NCBI GenBank assembly: GCA_963742735.1
Contig: CAVUMN010000003.1
Location: forward strand, 96,001-160,000
Direction: 5' to 3'
DNA from: an uncultured Actinomycetes bacterium
GTDB lineage: Bacteria > Actinomycetota > UBA4738 > JBBDTT01
Length of the DNA stretch: 64,000 nt
Below, one piece after another: positions 46,710 to 55,916 of the stretch (position 1 is its first letter; each line of letters begins with the position of its first letter). The translations under genes were made by a program, and so were the position numbers. The notes under the pieces were generated by a model, which saw only the letters and a list, made by a program, of their open reading frames with translations, was not told the origin of the DNA and made no database searches.

Positions 46710-48134
46710 ATGCCCGTGTCGTCTCGCCCGAGGATGCGCTGGACGTGGCCCGCGGTGCTCGCACTGTTGCTGGCGAGCGCGGGGGTCGTCCCGTCCGGGC
46801 GCGCCCACGCCCAGGCCGTGAACATCCCGCGGCTGGAGCCGAACCTGATCTTCGTGCTGACCGACGACCAGCGGGTCGACGCGATGTCGGTCATGCCCAA
46901 CACGATCCGGAACTTCCCGGTGGAGTTCTCCTCGGCGATCGTGTCGACGCCGCTGTGCTGCCCGTCGCGTGCGTCGTTCCTGACGGGCGAGTACGCGCAC
47001 AACCACGGGGTGTGGACGAACTTCGACTACCACGACAAGTTCCAGCCCCGGGAGCGGGACTCCCTCGGCCCGTGGCTCCAGGCCCAGGGGTACTACACGG
47101 GCTTCGTCGGCCGGTACCTGAACCGGTACAGCATCGACGACCCGACCCCGCCGGGCTGGGACGAGTTCTACGCACGGGTGGGTCAGGCGGACACCGGCGC
47201 CTTGATGTTCGACGGCTACACGAAGCTCAACGTCCACGAGCACTTCAAGAGTGGGACGGGGAACATCACGCGGATCGCGCGCTACCCGAACACCGAGCGC
47301 CCCGACTTCTACTCGACGGACTACTTCGCGGACATGGCCGCCCGGTTCGTCGATCGCGCGGAGAACCTCTCGTACAACCCGTTCCACAAGCCGTGGGCGC
47401 TGGTCGTGTGGACGACCGCGCCCCACCTGCCGCTGATCCCCGCCGCCCGGCATCGGACCGCGCCGGTCCCGGCGTTCCGGCCCCCGCCCTCGTTCCTCGA
47501 GGCCGACATGCGCGACAAGCCGGCGGAGGTCCGCGCTCCCATCTACGAGACCCTCAACGGCCTGAACCAGCGCAGGATCCACGACGGCATGCTCCGGATG
47601 CTCATGAGCGTCGACGAGCTGGTCGGCCGGGTCTGGGACCGCGTCGACGAGCACGGGCAGCGCGGCTCGACGTGGGGCGTGTTCGCCTCGGACAATGGGT
47701 GGTTCCTGGGGGAGCATCGGAAGACCGAGAAGGTCTATGCGTACGAGGAGGCCGCCCACGTGCCGTTCCGGATGGCCTTCCCCGGCGCGAAGCCGCGGGC
47801 GATCGACGAGCTGATCTCGAACGTCGACCTCGCGCCGACCCTGATGGACCTCGCCGGCGACTCGGGCGCGCATCACTTCCGGGGACGGTCGCTGCTGCCG
47901 CTGATCGAGGACACCGCGATGGGCTGGCGGACTGCCGCGCTCATCGAGGCCCGAAGCGCCATCGGCTACGACGCGGTCCGGACGGAGCGCTGGAAGTTCA
48001 TCCGCTGGGTGAGCGGCGCCCTCGAGCTCTACGACCTCCAGGCGGACCCGTACGAGCTGACGAACGTCGCCGCCCGCACCCCCGAGGTCGTGGCGGAGCT
48101 GCAGCAGACGCTGGACGCGCTGAAGAGGTTGTAG
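46710..48134 (+). CDS. Secreted sulfatase (N-acetylglucosamine-6-sulfatase-like)
   Basis: Signal peptide; PNLIFVLTDDQ, PLCCPSRASFLTG, SDNG, GEH, DPYE. Confidence 0.93.
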   Translation: MPVSSRPRMRWTWPAVLALLLASAGVVPSGRAHAQAVNIPRLEPNLIFVLTDDQRVDAMSVMPNTIRNFPVEFSSAIVSTPLCCPSRASFLTGEYAHNHGVWTNFDYHDKFQPRERDSLGPWLQAQGYYTGFVGRYLNRYSIDDPTPPGWDEFYARVGQADTGALMFDGYTKLNVHEHFKSGTGNITRIARYPNTERPDFYSTDYFADMAARFVDRAENLSYNPFHKPWALVVWTTAPHLPLIPAARHRTAPVPAFRPPPSFLEADMRDKPAEVRAPIYETLNGLNQRRIHDGMLRMLMSVDELVGRVWDRVDEHGQRGSTWGVFASDNGWFLGEHRKTEKVYAYEEAAHVPFRMAFPGAKPRAIDELISNVDLAPTLMDLAGDSGAHHFRGRSLLPLIEDTAMGWRTAALIEARSAIGYDAVRTERWKFIRWVSGALELYDLQADPYELTNVAARTPEVVAELQQTLDALKRL

Positions 48135-48145
48135 CATCCCCGGCC

Positions 48146-49558
48146 ATGAGCCCGGGAGCCGTGCGTCCCCGGGTCATCGCCGTTCTGATCGTCCTGTCGG
48201 CGGTGGTTGGCCCAACCGGTGATCGTGTCGCCGGAGCTCAGGCGGTCCCGCCCGCCAAGCCGAACCTGCTGTTCGTCCTGACCGACGACCAGCGGTTCGA
48301 CACACTCGCCCAGATGCCGGCGGTCAAGGCGAACTTCGACGTGGAGTTCACGAGCGCGATCGTCTCGACCCCGCTGTGCTGTCCGGCCCGGGCGACGTAC
48401 CTGACGGGCCAGTACGCACACAACCTGGGCGTCTGGAGCAACGCCGCGTATCCGCAGTTCCGGCCCCGGGAGCCGGACTCGCTCGGGCCGTGGCTGCAGG
48501 CTCAGGGCTACTACACCGGCTTCATGGGCAAGTACCTCAACGGGTTCACCGGGTCGCACGCGGCCCCTCCTGGGTGGGACGAGTTCTACGGGATGCTCAC
48601 CGACGCGGCGGGCAACTTCGTGGGCAACGGCTATACACAGGTCACCCTTCGCGAGCGGTTCAAGAAGAACGGGATCACGCAAGTCGACCGGCTGATGTCG
48701 TATCCGAACGCGAACCAGCAGGGCTTCTACTTCACCCGCTGGCTTCTGGAGCAGGCTCGCGCCTTCATCGGGCGTGCAGAGAACCCGACGTTCAATCCGA
48801 CCGGCAAGCCGTGGGCATTGTTCGTGTGGCCGACCGCGCCGCATCCGCCGTTCATCGCCGAGGCCCGCCACGTGAACAAGGTGATTCCCGCCTGGAGCCG
48901 ACCGCCGTCGTTTCTCGAGGAGGACATGAGCGACAAGCCGGAGGAGGTCACCGGATCGATCCATCGGGTGGACGACCCCGGCCTCCACGAGTTCCGCCGT
49001 GGAGGGATGCTTCGGGCGCTGCTGTCGGTGGACGACCTCGTACGAGAGGTGTTCGCGGAGCTGGATCGCCGGCTGCTTCGCGAGGAGACCTGGGGGCTCT
49101 ACACCTCGGACAACGGCTTCTTCTGGGGCGAGCACCACCTGACGAACAAGCTCTACGCGTACGAGGAGGCCGCACGGGTTCCGTTCCGAATGGCCGTGCC
49201 GGGCATCGGCGCCAAGCAGATCGCGAGCATGGTGTCTTCGATCGACGTCTCGCCGACCTTCGCGGCGCTCGCGGGGGACACGGCGGGACACGGGTTCCGG
49301 GGACTCTCCCTGCTGCCGCTCATCTCCGGGCCGGCGCCGAGCTCATGGCCCAAGGAGCAGCTCATCGAGTCGCGGTCGACCGCGGAGTACGACGCCCTGC
49401 GGACCCCGAACTACGTCTACATCGAGTGGCGCTCGACGGGCCATCGGGAGCTGTACTGGCGGCCGGGCGACCCGTACCAGCTGAACAACGTCGCCGCCCA
49501 GAAGCCGGCGCTGTGCGACTACTTCTCGGGACGGCTCGCCGCGCTGAAGGCCGCCTGA
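48146..49558 (+). CDS. Secreted sulfatase, tandem paralog
   Basis: PNLLFVLTDDQ, PLCCPARATYLTG, GKY, SDNG, GEH, DPYQ. Confidence 0.93.
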   Translation: MSPGAVRPRVIAVLIVLSAVVGPTGDRVAGAQAVPPAKPNLLFVLTDDQRFDTLAQMPAVKANFDVEFTSAIVSTPLCCPARATYLTGQYAHNLGVWSNAAYPQFRPREPDSLGPWLQAQGYYTGFMGKYLNGFTGSHAAPPGWDEFYGMLTDAAGNFVGNGYTQVTLRERFKKNGITQVDRLMSYPNANQQGFYFTRWLLEQARAFIGRAENPTFNPTGKPWALFVWPTAPHPPFIAEARHVNKVIPAWSRPPSFLEEDMSDKPEEVTGSIHRVDDPGLHEFRRGGMLRALLSVDDLVREVFAELDRRLLREETWGLYTSDNGFFWGEHHLTNKLYAYEEAARVPFRMAVPGIGAKQIASMVSSIDVSPTFAALAGDTAGHGFRGLSLLPLISGPAPSSWPKEQLIESRSTAEYDALRTPNYVYIEWRSTGHRELYWRPGDPYQLNNVAAQKPALCDYFSGRLAALKAA

Positions 49559-49598
49559 GGCGCACTCCTCGGGCGTCGCCCGGCTCTAGGATCACGGC

Positions 49599-51254
49599 AT
49601 GAGCGGTCCGCGCGAGGTCCGGGCACCACGGGGTCAGGAACGCTCCTGCCGCGGCTGGCCGCAGGAGGCCGCGCTGCGGATGCTCATGAACAACCTGGAC
49701 CCCGAGGTTGCCGAGCGGCCGGACGACCTGGTCGTGTACGGGGGCACCGGGCGAGCCGCCCGGTCGTGGGACGCGTTCGACGCGATCGTCGCCGCCCTCC
49801 GTTCGCTCGGCGACGACGAGACGCTGCTCATCCAGTCGGGCAAGCCCGTCGGGGTGTTCCGGACTCACGCGACGGCGCCGCGGGTGCTGATCTCGAACGC
49901 GATGCTCGTGCCGAAGTGGGCCGACTGGGAGACGTTCCGGGACCTGGAGCGGGCCGGGCTGACCATGTACGGGCAGATGACGGCCGGGTCGTGGATCTAC
50001 ATCGGGACCCAGGGGATCCTGCAGGGCACCTACGAGACGCTGGCGGAGGTCGCCGCCCAGCACTTCGGGGGAACGCTGTCCGGACGGGTCGTCCTGACCG
50101 CCGGGCTCGGCGGGATGGGCGGCGCCCAGCCTCTCGCCGTGACGATGAACGACGGGATCGCGCTGTGTGTGGAGGTCGATCCCCAGCGGATCGAACGCCG
50201 GCTGAAGACCCGGTACCTGGACCGTGAGACGGCCGATCTGGACGAGGCGCTGCGGTGGGTCGGGGACGCTCGCGCCTCGGGGGAGGCGGTCTCCATCGGG
50301 CTCCTCGGTAACGCGGCGGAGGTCCTTCCCGAGCTCTTAGGCCGAGGGTTCAGCGCCGACGTCGTGACGGACCAGACCAGCGCGCACGATCCGGTCGGCG
50401 GCTACGTCCCCGGAGGGCTGCCGCTGCAGGAGGCGGCCGCGCTCCGCGAGCGTGACCCGGCCGAGTACTCCCGCCGGTCGTACGCCTCCATGGCAGCCCA
50501 CGTCGAGGCGATGGTGGGATTCAAGGACGCCGGGGCCGTGGTGTTCGACTACGGCAACAACCTTCGGGCCGGCGCCGAGCGGGGCGGGTACGCGCGGGCC
50601 TACGACTACCCGGGGTTCGTCCAGGCGTTCGTCCGGCCCCTGTTCTGCGAGGGCAAGGGGCCGTTCCGGTGGGCGGCGCTGTCGGGAGACCCCGCGGACA
50701 TCCTGGAGACCGACCGGGCCATCCTGGAGCTGTTCCCCGGCGACGAGCGGCTGCACCGGTGGATCCGGATGGCCGAGGAGCGCGTCGCCTTCCAGGGGCT
50801 CCCCGCCCGGATCTGCTGGCTGGGATACGGCGAGCGCGACCGGGCCGGCCTGCGGTTCAACGAGCTGGTCCGGGAGGGCCGGGTGTCGGCCCCGATCGTG
50901 ATCGGGCGGGATCACCTGGACGCGGGGTCGGTGGCGTCGCCGTACCGCGAGACCGAGGGCATGCTCGACGGCTCGGACGCCATCGCCGACTGGCCGATCC
51001 TCAACGCGCTGCTCAACACCGCCGCCGGCGCGCACTGGGTGAGCGTCCATCACGGGGGAGGAGTGGGGATCGGCTACTCGATCCACGCCGGGATGGTCGT
51101 GGTCGCCGACGGCTCGGCCGACGCGGACGAGCGGCTCGCGCGGGTGCTGGTCACCGACCCCGGGAGCGGTGTGATCCGTCACGCCGACGCCGGCTACGAC
51201 CGCGCGATCGAGGTCGCCGCCGAACGCGGCGTCCGGCTCCCCTGGCGCGAGTAG
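49599..51254 (+). CDS. hutU: Urocanate hydratase
   Basis: [53 protein letters not shown]. Confidence 0.97.
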   Translation: MSGPREVRAPRGQERSCRGWPQEAALRMLMNNLDPEVAERPDDLVVYGGTGRAARSWDAFDAIVAALRSLGDDETLLIQSGKPVGVFRTHATAPRVLISNAMLVPKWADWETFRDLERAGLTMYGQMTAGSWIYIGTQGILQGTYETLAEVAAQHFGGTLSGRVVLTAGLGGMGGAQPLAVTMNDGIALCVEVDPQRIERRLKTRYLDRETADLDEALRWVGDARASGEAVSIGLLGNAAEVLPELLGRGFSADVVTDQTSAHDPVGGYVPGGLPLQEAAALRERDPAEYSRRSYASMAAHVEAMVGFKDAGAVVFDYGNNLRAGAERGGYARAYDYPGFVQAFVRPLFCEGKGPFRWAALSGDPADILETDRAILELFPGDERLHRWIRMAEERVAFQGLPARICWLGYGERDRAGLRFNELVREGRVSAPIVIGRDHLDAGSVASPYRETEGMLDGSDAIADWPILNALLNTAAGAHWVSVHHGGGVGIGYSIHAGMVVVADGSADADERLARVLVTDPGSGVIRHADAGYDRAIEVAAERGVRLPWRE

Positions 51255-51327
51255 CGGAGCGCTCGATCCTGGCCTCGCCACGGGGAGGGCTCCATACTCC
51301 TGGTGTCCCTTCCATCACGGAGTCGAC

Positions 51328-54300
51328 CTGAGCACCGAGCCACCGCCCGGCACCGAGATCCTCACGTTCCTGATCGCGGACGTCCGCGGCTATACGATGT
51401 TCACCCAGGAGCGCGGCGATGAGGCCGCGGCCAAGCTCGCGGCGAAGTTCGCGGAGATCGCCCGCGAGGGGATCGAGACCCTCGGCGGCTCCCTGATCGA
51501 GCTGCGCGGCGACGAGGCCCTGGCCGTGTTCGCCTCGGCCCGGCAGGCCATCCGCGCCGCCCTCGCCCTGCAGGAGCGGTTCGTCGACGAGACCCTGGCC
51601 GACCCGGAGATCCCGCTCCTGGTCGGGATCGGCCTCGACGCCGGCGAGGCCGTCCCCGTGGAGGGCGGGTACCGCGGCGGCGCCCTCAATCTCGCGGCGC
51701 GGATGTGCGGCCAGGCCGGACCCGGCCAGATCCTGGCGAGCCGGGAGGTCACCCACCTGGCCCGGCGCCTGGAGGGCGTGCGCTACGTCGATCAGGGCGT
51801 GCATTCCTTCAAGGGGCTCACCGAGCCCGTCGGCGTGATCCGGATCGAGCCCGAGGAGGGCGACGCCGAGTCCCGGCTCCGACCCATGATGCCCGTCCCG
51901 GCGAAGCCGCAGCGCCGATGGCTGCCGCGAACCACGCGAGGCCGCATCGTCGCGGCGGCGGTCGCCCTGTCTCTACTCGCCGGGGCCGTCACCGCCGGCG
52001 TTGCCGTCCTCGGCGGTTCGGATATCTCGATCGGCCCGAGCGCGGTCGGGGTGATCGATCCGGGCGACGGGTCGGTCGTCGAGCGGGCCGACATCGCGGC
52101 CGGACGGGGCGGGATGGTCTTCGGCGAGGGGGCGGTGTGGGCAGCGGGCTCACGCCACGGCTCGGTCCTGAAGATCGATCCCGAGACGCGCGCCGTCGTG
52201 GACACGATCGATATCAGCGGGGAGGCGAGCGGGATCGCGGTCGCCGGCGATCTCGTGTGGGTCTCCGTGGCGAACCAGGGACGCGTCGAGCGGATCAATC
52301 CCTCCACCAACAAGGTGGTTGGCTCAGCGATCCGGGTCGGGAACGGCCCGGCCGGGATCGCCGCGGGCTTCGACTCGGTGTGGGTGGCGAACCAACTGGA
52401 CGCCACGGTCTCGCGGATCGATCTGGAGACAGGGGAGGTGCAGGCCCGGATCCCGGTGGGAGCGAGCCCCACCGGGGTCGCCATCGCAGCCGGCTCCGTG
52501 TGGGTGACGAACGCCGGAGAGGGGTCCGTCACGCGGATCGACCCAAAGACCGACCAGAAGACCCCGGTGGGCGTCGGGAACGGCCCGGCGTCGATCGTGG
52601 GCTCCGACGAGGCGGTCTGGGTGGCGAACGCCTCGGACGGCACCGTCTCGCGCATCGAGCCGGATAACACCGTCGCCGCCACCGTCGAGGTGGGCGCCGG
52701 GCCCGCGGCGATCGCCCTCGCCGGCGAGGACGTGTGGGTGGCCAGCGAGTTCGCGGGGACGGTGTCGCGCATCGATCCCGGTTCGAACGGCGTGGCCGGA
52801 AGCGTGGACGTCGGCGCGGGCGCACACGCCCTCGCGGCCGTCGGTGACCAACTCTGGGTGGCAACGGGCGCCGCGGCCGACGCCCGCCGTGGGGGGACGT
52901 TCACCTTTGTCTCGGAGGGGCCGCCCGATTCGATCGACCCTGCGTATGCGTACTCCATCGAGTCGTGGGCCGTGCTGGTGGCGACCAACGACGGGCTGGT
53001 CGGCTACCGGAAGGTCGGAGGGCAGGACGGGTCGGCCCTCGTCCCGGACCTCGCCACCTCGCTGCCCGAGCCGACCGACGGCGGCCGGACCTACGCGTTC
53101 ACCCTTCGGCGCGGCATCCCCTACTCCTCCGGAGGGGTCGTCCGCGCCCGCGACGTGCGCTCCTCGATCGAGCGCGTTCTCCGAGCACGGCCGGCGTCTC
53201 CGGGCGCGTTCTTCTTCGAGGCGATCGTCGGCGCGGAGGGGTGCGGCGGCGACCCGGATGCGTGTGATCTCTCGCGCGGCATCGTGACGAACGACGATAC
53301 GGGGTCGGTCACCTTCCACCTCTCGCGGCCCGATCCGGACTTCCTGTACAAGCTCGCCTTGCCGCTCGCGCACGTGCTGCCAGAAGAGGTGCGGGCCGCC
53401 GATCTCGAATCCACGGGTCCCCTCCCCGCGACGGGGCCGTACGTCATCGCGAGCTACACCCGGCCCGCCCGCGAGGGGGCCCAGGGAAGCCTGGAGCTGG
53501 AGCGCAACCCGCGGTTCCGGGTGTGGTCGGGAGCGGCCCAGCCCCCGGGGAACCCGGACCGGATCGTATGGCGGATGGGACCGGGCCTCGACGAAGCGGT
53601 CGACTTGGTCCGCGACGGAGACGCGGACTGGGCGGTGGGATCGCCGGAACCGGATCGGCTCGAGGAGCTGAGGACTCGCTACGCCCATCGGCTCCACGAA
53701 TATCCCCAGCTCGCCACCGTCGGGTTCGCTCTCAACACGCGGGTGCCGCCCTTCGACGACGTGGATGTGCGACGTGCGGTCAACTACGCCCTCGACCGCG
53801 GGGGAGCCGCGGCCTTGCTCGGGGAGGGACCGGTCACGTGCCAGATCCTGCCCCCCAACTACCCGGGCTACCGGCCCTACTGTCCGTACACCGTGGACGG
53901 CGGCGACGGCGTCGAGTGGGCCGCGCGGGACCTCACCCGCGCCCGCCGCCTGGTGGACGCGTCGGGATCCTCGGGCGCGAAGGTGACGGTGTGGACCTTC
54001 CATGGGCCTCCGTTCGGTTCGAGGAACGTGGGAGAGCGCGTCGCCGGGGTGCTTCGCGAGCTCGGCTTCAAGGCCACGGTCCGCGTCATGGAGGACGTGG
54101 GCCGGTACTTCGAACTGGTCTCGAACTCTGGGACGCGCGCCCAGATCTTCGCCGTGGGTTGGGCCCAGGACTACGCCGCGGCGTCGAACTTCCTGGACGT
54201 GCTGTTCAGCTGCGACGCGTTCGTGCCGAACGACCCGTTCCAGGCGAACTACTCCGAGCTCTGCGACCCCGAGATCGACGGGCTGATCGAAGAGGCCTAC

Positions 54301-54489
54301 GAGCTCCAGGTAACCGACCCCAGCGCCGCTGGGGAGGCGTGGGCGGCGGTCGATCGCGCGATCGTCGACGCCGCGGCGTGGCTCCCCATCGCGAACCCGG
54401 CCGGGTTCGACTTCGTGTCCGAGCGCGTCGGCAACTACCTCCATCACCCCCAATGGGGGCTGCTGCTCTCCCAGGTCACCGTCCGCTGA
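51328..54489 (+). CDS. Class III nucleotidyl cyclase - TM - YVTN beta-propeller - family 5 extracellular solute-binding domain fusion (start uncertain, CTG proposed)
   Basis: LTFLIADVRGYT (upstream of the listed ATG), RGDE, LNLAAR, FKG; TM; about 7 VWVAN..VSRID blades; SIDPA, LVPDLA, YAFTLR, PATGPY, PFDDVDVRRAVNYALDR. Confidence 0.9.
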   Translation: MSTEPPPGTEILTFLIADVRGYTMFTQERGDEAAAKLAAKFAEIAREGIETLGGSLIELRGDEALAVFASARQAIRAALALQERFVDETLADPEIPLLVGIGLDAGEAVPVEGGYRGGALNLAARMCGQAGPGQILASREVTHLARRLEGVRYVDQGVHSFKGLTEPVGVIRIEPEEGDAESRLRPMMPVPAKPQRRWLPRTTRGRIVAAAVALSLLAGAVTAGVAVLGGSDISIGPSAVGVIDPGDGSVVERADIAAGRGGMVFGEGAVWAAGSRHGSVLKIDPETRAVVDTIDISGEASGIAVAGDLVWVSVANQGRVERINPSTNKVVGSAIRVGNGPAGIAAGFDSVWVANQLDATVSRIDLETGEVQARIPVGASPTGVAIAAGSVWVTNAGEGSVTRIDPKTDQKTPVGVGNGPASIVGSDEAVWVANASDGTVSRIEPDNTVAATVEVGAGPAAIALAGEDVWVASEFAGTVSRIDPGSNGVAGSVDVGAGAHALAAVGDQLWVATGAAADARRGGTFTFVSEGPPDSIDPAYAYSIESWAVLVATNDGLVGYRKVGGQDGSALVPDLATSLPEPTDGGRTYAFTLRRGIPYSSGGVVRARDVRSSIERVLRARPASPGAFFFEAIVGAEGCGGDPDACDLSRGIVTNDDTGSVTFHLSRPDPDFLYKLALPLAHVLPEEVRAADLESTGPLPATGPYVIASYTRPAREGAQGSLELERNPRFRVWSGAAQPPGNPDRIVWRMGPGLDEAVDLVRDGDADWAVGSPEPDRLEELRTRYAHRLHEYPQLATVGFALNTRVPPFDDVDVRRAVNYALDRGGAAALLGEGPVTCQILPPNYPGYRPYCPYTVDGGDGVEWAARDLTRARRLVDASGSSGAKVTVWTFHGPPFGSRNVGERVAGVLRELGFKATVRVMEDVGRYFELVSNSGTRAQIFAVGWAQDYAAASNFLDVLFSCDAFVPNDPFQANYSELCDPEIDGLIEEAYELQVTDPSAAGEAWAAVDRAIVDAAAWLPIANPAGFDFVSERVGNYLHHPQWGLLLSQVTVR

Positions 54490-54566
54490 CCGGAGGTCGT
54501 AGTCGCGCGAGCGTCGAGCCGGTACGATCGGGGCCCCCCGTCCCCGATCCCGAGGAGCCACCCACC

Positions 54567-55916
54567 ATGCGCATCGTCATCGTCGGCGCGGGCCACGTCG
54601 GGCTCGTCTCGGCGGCCTGTTTCGCCGCCGTAGGCCACGACGTCATCGCGCTCGACATCGACGAGGCGCGCATCGAGTTGCTCCGGGGCGGGGAGTCGCC
54701 GTTCTTCGAGCCGGGCCTCGACGAGCTCCTGCGGGCGGGTACGGCGGCGGGCCGCGTCGCGTTCACCACCGATCCGTTCGAGGCGTTCGCGGGCCGCGAG
54801 CTGGCCTTCCTGTGCGTGGCCACGCCGAACGACGAGCAGGGCAAGGTGGACCTGCGCGGCGTGGTCGCGGCCGCGCGAACGATCGCGCATCACGCCGATC
54901 CGGGCACCGTCCTGGTGAACCGAAGCACCTCCCCGGTGGGCACCGCCGGGTACGTTCGCTCGATCATCGAGGAGGGCCGGGAGGGCGACGTGCAGGTCGC
55001 CGTCAACCCCGAGTTCCTGGCCGAGGGCACGGCCGTCCGCGACTTCCTGTATCCGGACCGCGTGGTGATCGGCGCGTGGGATCCGGAGGCGGCGGGACGG
55101 GTCCAGGCGGCGTACGACCCGATCATCGCCCGGGACCTCCCCGCCGACCTGCCGGACGGCCTCGGGTCGCCGCCGTACGACACCGAGGCGCCGGTCCCCG
55201 TAGTGATCACCGGCCCGCCCACCGCGGAGCTCATCAAGTACGCGGCCAACGCCTTCCTGGCCATGAAGATCTCGTTCATCAACGAGATGGGATGGATCGC
55301 CGAGGAGGTGGGCGGCGACGTCACCGAGGTCTCCCGGGCGGTCGGGCTCGACCGCCGGATCGGCCCCCACTTCCTGAACGCCGGGATCGGGTGGGGCGGC
55401 TCGTGCTTCCCGAAGGACATCGTGGCGCTGCAGGGCATGGCGGCGACGCACGGCCTGGAGGCCCGGCTGCTGAAGGCGGCCAACGATGTGAACGCCCACC
55501 AGCACCTGTGGGTGGTGCGCAAGCTCCAGCGGCACCTGAAGACCCTCGTCGGGCGGCGGGTGGCCCTGCTCGGGCTGGCCTTCAAGCCGAACACCGATGA
55601 CCTCCGCAACGCTCCGGCGCTGGAGATCGCCGTGGAGCTCGCCCGCTCGAGCGTGCGGGTCAAGGCGTACGACCCCATCGTCAAGGAGCTCCCCGAGGAG
55701 TACGCCGGCGTGATCGAGCTTGCCGACGACCCCATCTCGGCGGCGAGCGGCGCGGAGGCCGTCGTCCTGGTGACCGAGTGGCCGCAGTTCCGCGAGCTCG
55801 ACCTGAACGCGCTGGGCTCGGCGATGCGCGAGCGGCTATTCCTGGACGGGCGGAACTACCTTGACCCCGAGACCGTCCGAGCCGCCGGGTTCACCTACGT
55901 CGGCGTCGGCCGCTAG
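54567..55916 (+). CDS. ugd: UDP-glucose/GDP-mannose dehydrogenase
   Basis: GAGHVGL, CVATP, NPEFLAEG, KYAANAFLA, GWGGSCFPKD, GLAFKPNTDDLR; AGGAG RBS. Confidence 0.93.
   Translation: MRIVIVGAGHVGLVSAACFAAVGHDVIALDIDEARIELLRGGESPFFEPGLDELLRAGTAAGRVAFTTDPFEAFAGRELAFLCVATPNDEQGKVDLRGVVAAARTIAHHADPGTVLVNRSTSPVGTAGYVRSIIEEGREGDVQVAVNPEFLAEGTAVRDFLYPDRVVIGAWDPEAAGRVQAAYDPIIARDLPADLPDGLGSPPYDTEAPVPVVITGPPTAELIKYAANAFLAMKISFINEMGWIAEEVGGDVTEVSRAVGLDRRIGPHFLNAGIGWGGSCFPKDIVALQGMAATHGLEARLLKAANDVNAHQHLWVVRKLQRHLKTLVGRRVALLGLAFKPNTDDLRNAPALEIAVELARSSVRVKAYDPIVKELPEEYAGVIELADDPISAASGAEAVVLVTEWPQFRELDLNALGSAMRERLFLDGRNYLDPETVRAAGFTYVGVGR

Noticed and set aside
46319-48145. 1079-aa ORF as a giant sulfatase fusion
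   Set aside because: The first ~600 aa is an off-frame shadow of sulfatase 1; the real gene starts at about 48146
55836-55916. 81-nt convergent overlap of ugd and the hutF-like gene as a regulatory feature
   Set aside because: The tail looks non-conserved; an out-of-frame TAG at 55915-55913 suggests stop loss or another indel
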